Shown here in pieces: positions 5,293 to 6,325 of a stretch of 6,325 nucleotides of DNA. The translations under genes and the position numbers were made by a program. Numbering within the stretch: position 1 is the first letter of the stretch; every line of letters starts with the position of its first letter. The notes under the pieces were generated by a model. That model saw nothing but the letters and a program-made list of their open reading frames with translations, searched no databases and was not told the origin of the DNA. Origin of the DNA: a virus (taxonomy: Duplodnaviria > Heunggongvirae > Uroviricota > Caudoviricetes); IMG/VR virus record IMGVR_UViG_2698536657_000011. One strand, 5' to 3'.

Positions 5293-5319
5293 AGAACTTA
5301 CTACAAGAGGCCAAACACC

Positions 5320-5547
5320 ATGGCAAACCGCAAACAACAGCGCGCCCGCGCTGAGCGTCTTCACACCCGGACTGAAATCAACCGCAGACTCTGGCGCGCA
5401 TCACGCGTCGCGCAAATCATGTACGTCAACATGCTGCATGAACACGCACACGCGCTGTCAGACCGTTACTGTGCCGCCGTCTTCAGCTACCTGGCGGATG
5501 ACCTGGCAGAACTGCAGGACCTTATCAACCAGCAACACCACCACTAA
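5320..5547 (+). CDS. Hypothetical basic protein, 75 aa, with C-terminal QQHHH
   Basis: AGAGG 9 nt upstream of the ATG. Preferred over the overlapping 206-aa track ORF (5009-5629), whose translation is Ser/Thr/Arg/Pro/Cys-rich and looks like an off-frame read of GC-rich DNA. Confidence 0.5.
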   Translation: MANRKQQRARAERLHTRTEINRRLWRASRVAQIMYVNMLHEHAHALSDRYCAAVFSYLADDLAELQDLINQQHHH

Positions 5548-5615
5548 ACAACATCCTGAAGCTATCCCGCACCCGTGCGCGGGAGGCTTCCGCACGTCTG
5601 TTACCGGAGGTTCTC

Positions 5616-6032
5616 ATGAAGAGCGTTAAGGGACTTTCAGATATTCAGGATTTTTTTAACTGGATGTGGGCAGTGGATCCCCGGCTGGCTTCCCGCCTGA
5701 ACGACTGGCACGACTATTACCGCCGCGCCTGTAAACGGGCCGCCAGACGCGTCACCACATACGGGGATTTCTCCTTCACCGTTGACGACCGTTACCGCGT
5801 GGACGTGAAAGGTGATGGTGATGGTTTTGGTTTATTTCACATCAACGGAACCGACAGCACCGCCATCAGCTGGTCGTCGTCAGAGATGACGCTTGTTCTG
5901 GAAATGACAACGCACAGCGTGGCCGTGAAAGGCATATACACCGCAGAAGACTTTATCGGTGAATATCAGCGCCTTCTCGTGCTGTACCGCGCGGCGTTTC
6001 AGGCGGCGACTGCCGGGGAGTGCGACGCATGA
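5616..6032 (+). CDS. Hypothetical protein, 138 aa
   Basis: Strong GGAGG Shine-Dalgarno 5 nt upstream. Stop overlaps the next start (ATGA at 6029-6032). Contains a GDGDGFG segment; no family recognised. Confidence 0.6.
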   Translation: MKSVKGLSDIQDFFNWMWAVDPRLASRLNDWHDYYRRACKRAARRVTTYGDFSFTVDDRYRVDVKGDGDGFGLFHINGTDSTAISWSSSEMTLVLEMTTHSVAVKGIYTAEDFIGEYQRLLVLYRAAFQAATAGECDA

Positions 6033-6325
6033 GCGACCATAACGCACAACTGGCGTACCCGTGGAACGCCCCGCTACCGGTTATCGATCCTGAAACATTC
6101 GGCAGAGCGCAACCAACCGCATTGCGCCAGGCCATTCAGAGCTACATCAACGAAGACATTCGCATTGATGCAAGACTGGATGAAGAGACCGTCGACTTCC
6201 TGACAAACACAGACGAAGGCAAGCGAATTAATTCGCATCTTCACCACGACGAAGAGCGTCGGATCAGACTGGAAAAACTGGCGCGGCACAAACACGAGAA
6301 TCCGCCAACACTGGTATCTGAAGCC
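6029..6325 (+). CDS. Hypothetical protein, N-terminal 99 codons only; ORF runs off the window end
   Basis: GGGGAG upstream; ATG at 6029 overlaps the preceding stop; open through 6325 with no stop. By synteny with P2-type early operons it could begin a larger replication-related gene, but I cannot support that from sequence. Confidence 0.5.
   Translation, partial: MSDHNAQLAYPWNAPLPVIDPETFGRAQPTALRQAIQSYINEDIRIDARLDEETVDFLTNTDEGKRINSHLHHDEERRIRLEKLARHKHENPPTLVSEA

Larger units (their letters stand above)
5105..5309. repeat. Three copies of a 9-bp motif CTACAAGAG in a non-coding gap: direct at 5106-5114 and 5301-5309, inverted (CTCTTGTAG) at 5220-5228
   Basis: Read directly. Both direct copies are preceded by A (ACTACAAGAG at 5105-5114 and 5300-5309). 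Copy 3 overlaps the AGAGG Shine-Dalgarno of the gene starting at 5320. Confidence 0.6.

Noticed and set aside
5040-5320. CRISPR array or tandem-repeat locus in the non-coding gap
   Set aside because: The repeats are only 9 bp, present in two or three copies with irregular spacing (114 and 81 bp; 22 bp) and mixed orientation. This does not fit CRISPR repeat-spacer periodicity.
5071-5364. 97-aa minus-strand ORF
   Set aside because: Antisense across the non-coding gap and into the 5320 gene start; Gly/Pro/Arg-rich, no ribosome-binding site.
5566-5583. Hairpin CCCGC-acccgtgc-GCGGG between the genes at 5320 and 5616, considered as a terminator
   Set aside because: No U-tract follows, and it sits immediately upstream of the strong GGAGG Shine-Dalgarno of the next gene. 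More likely an incidental GC palindrome or minor translational element.
5009-5629. 206-aa plus-strand ORF spanning the gap and the next gene
   Set aside because: Translation is dominated by Ser/Thr/Arg/Pro/Cys and reads as off-frame GC-rich DNA. It would cross the terminator-like hairpin and repeats. The in-region 75-aa ORF at 5320 has a Shine-Dalgarno and a more protein-like sequence. Retained as an alternative in the finding on the gap.
5953-6295. Minus-strand ORFs 5953-6135 and 6074-6295
   Set aside because: Antisense to the translationally coupled plus-strand genes at 5616 and 6029; no supporting signals.

Overview
This window reads as the left arm of an integrated P2/186-family temperate prophage. 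I had no search tools, so family calls rest on motifs I recognise by eye and on gene order; most small ORFs stay hypothetical. Layout, left to right: (1) a palindromic element at 45-96, possibly attL-associated; (2) a tyrosine integrase (117-1124, minus) and an HTH immunity repressor (1179-1520, minus); (3) a switch region (1505-1623) with repeated AAGATAACC elements and a rightward TTGACA/TATTAA promoter candidate; (4) a rightward early operon opening with an unusually long Cox/Apl-like protein (1624-2148); (5) an AT-rich insertion (about 2150-2865) carrying a convergent pair of unrecognisable genes, the best candidate for novel accessory cargo; (6) eight tightly packed small rightward genes (2866-4997), four of them joined by ATGA start/stop overlaps, including a 41-aa membrane peptide missing from the ORF track, a winged-helix-like protein and two paralogous small proteins; (7) a roughly 320-bp non-coding, structure-rich gap (4998-5319) with a terminator-like hairpin, a UUCG-loop hairpin and two repeat families, one copy overlapping the ribosome-binding site of the next gene; (8) a second rightward block (5320-6325) whose last gene runs off the window. 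No rRNA, tRNA, CRISPR array or transposase was seen.
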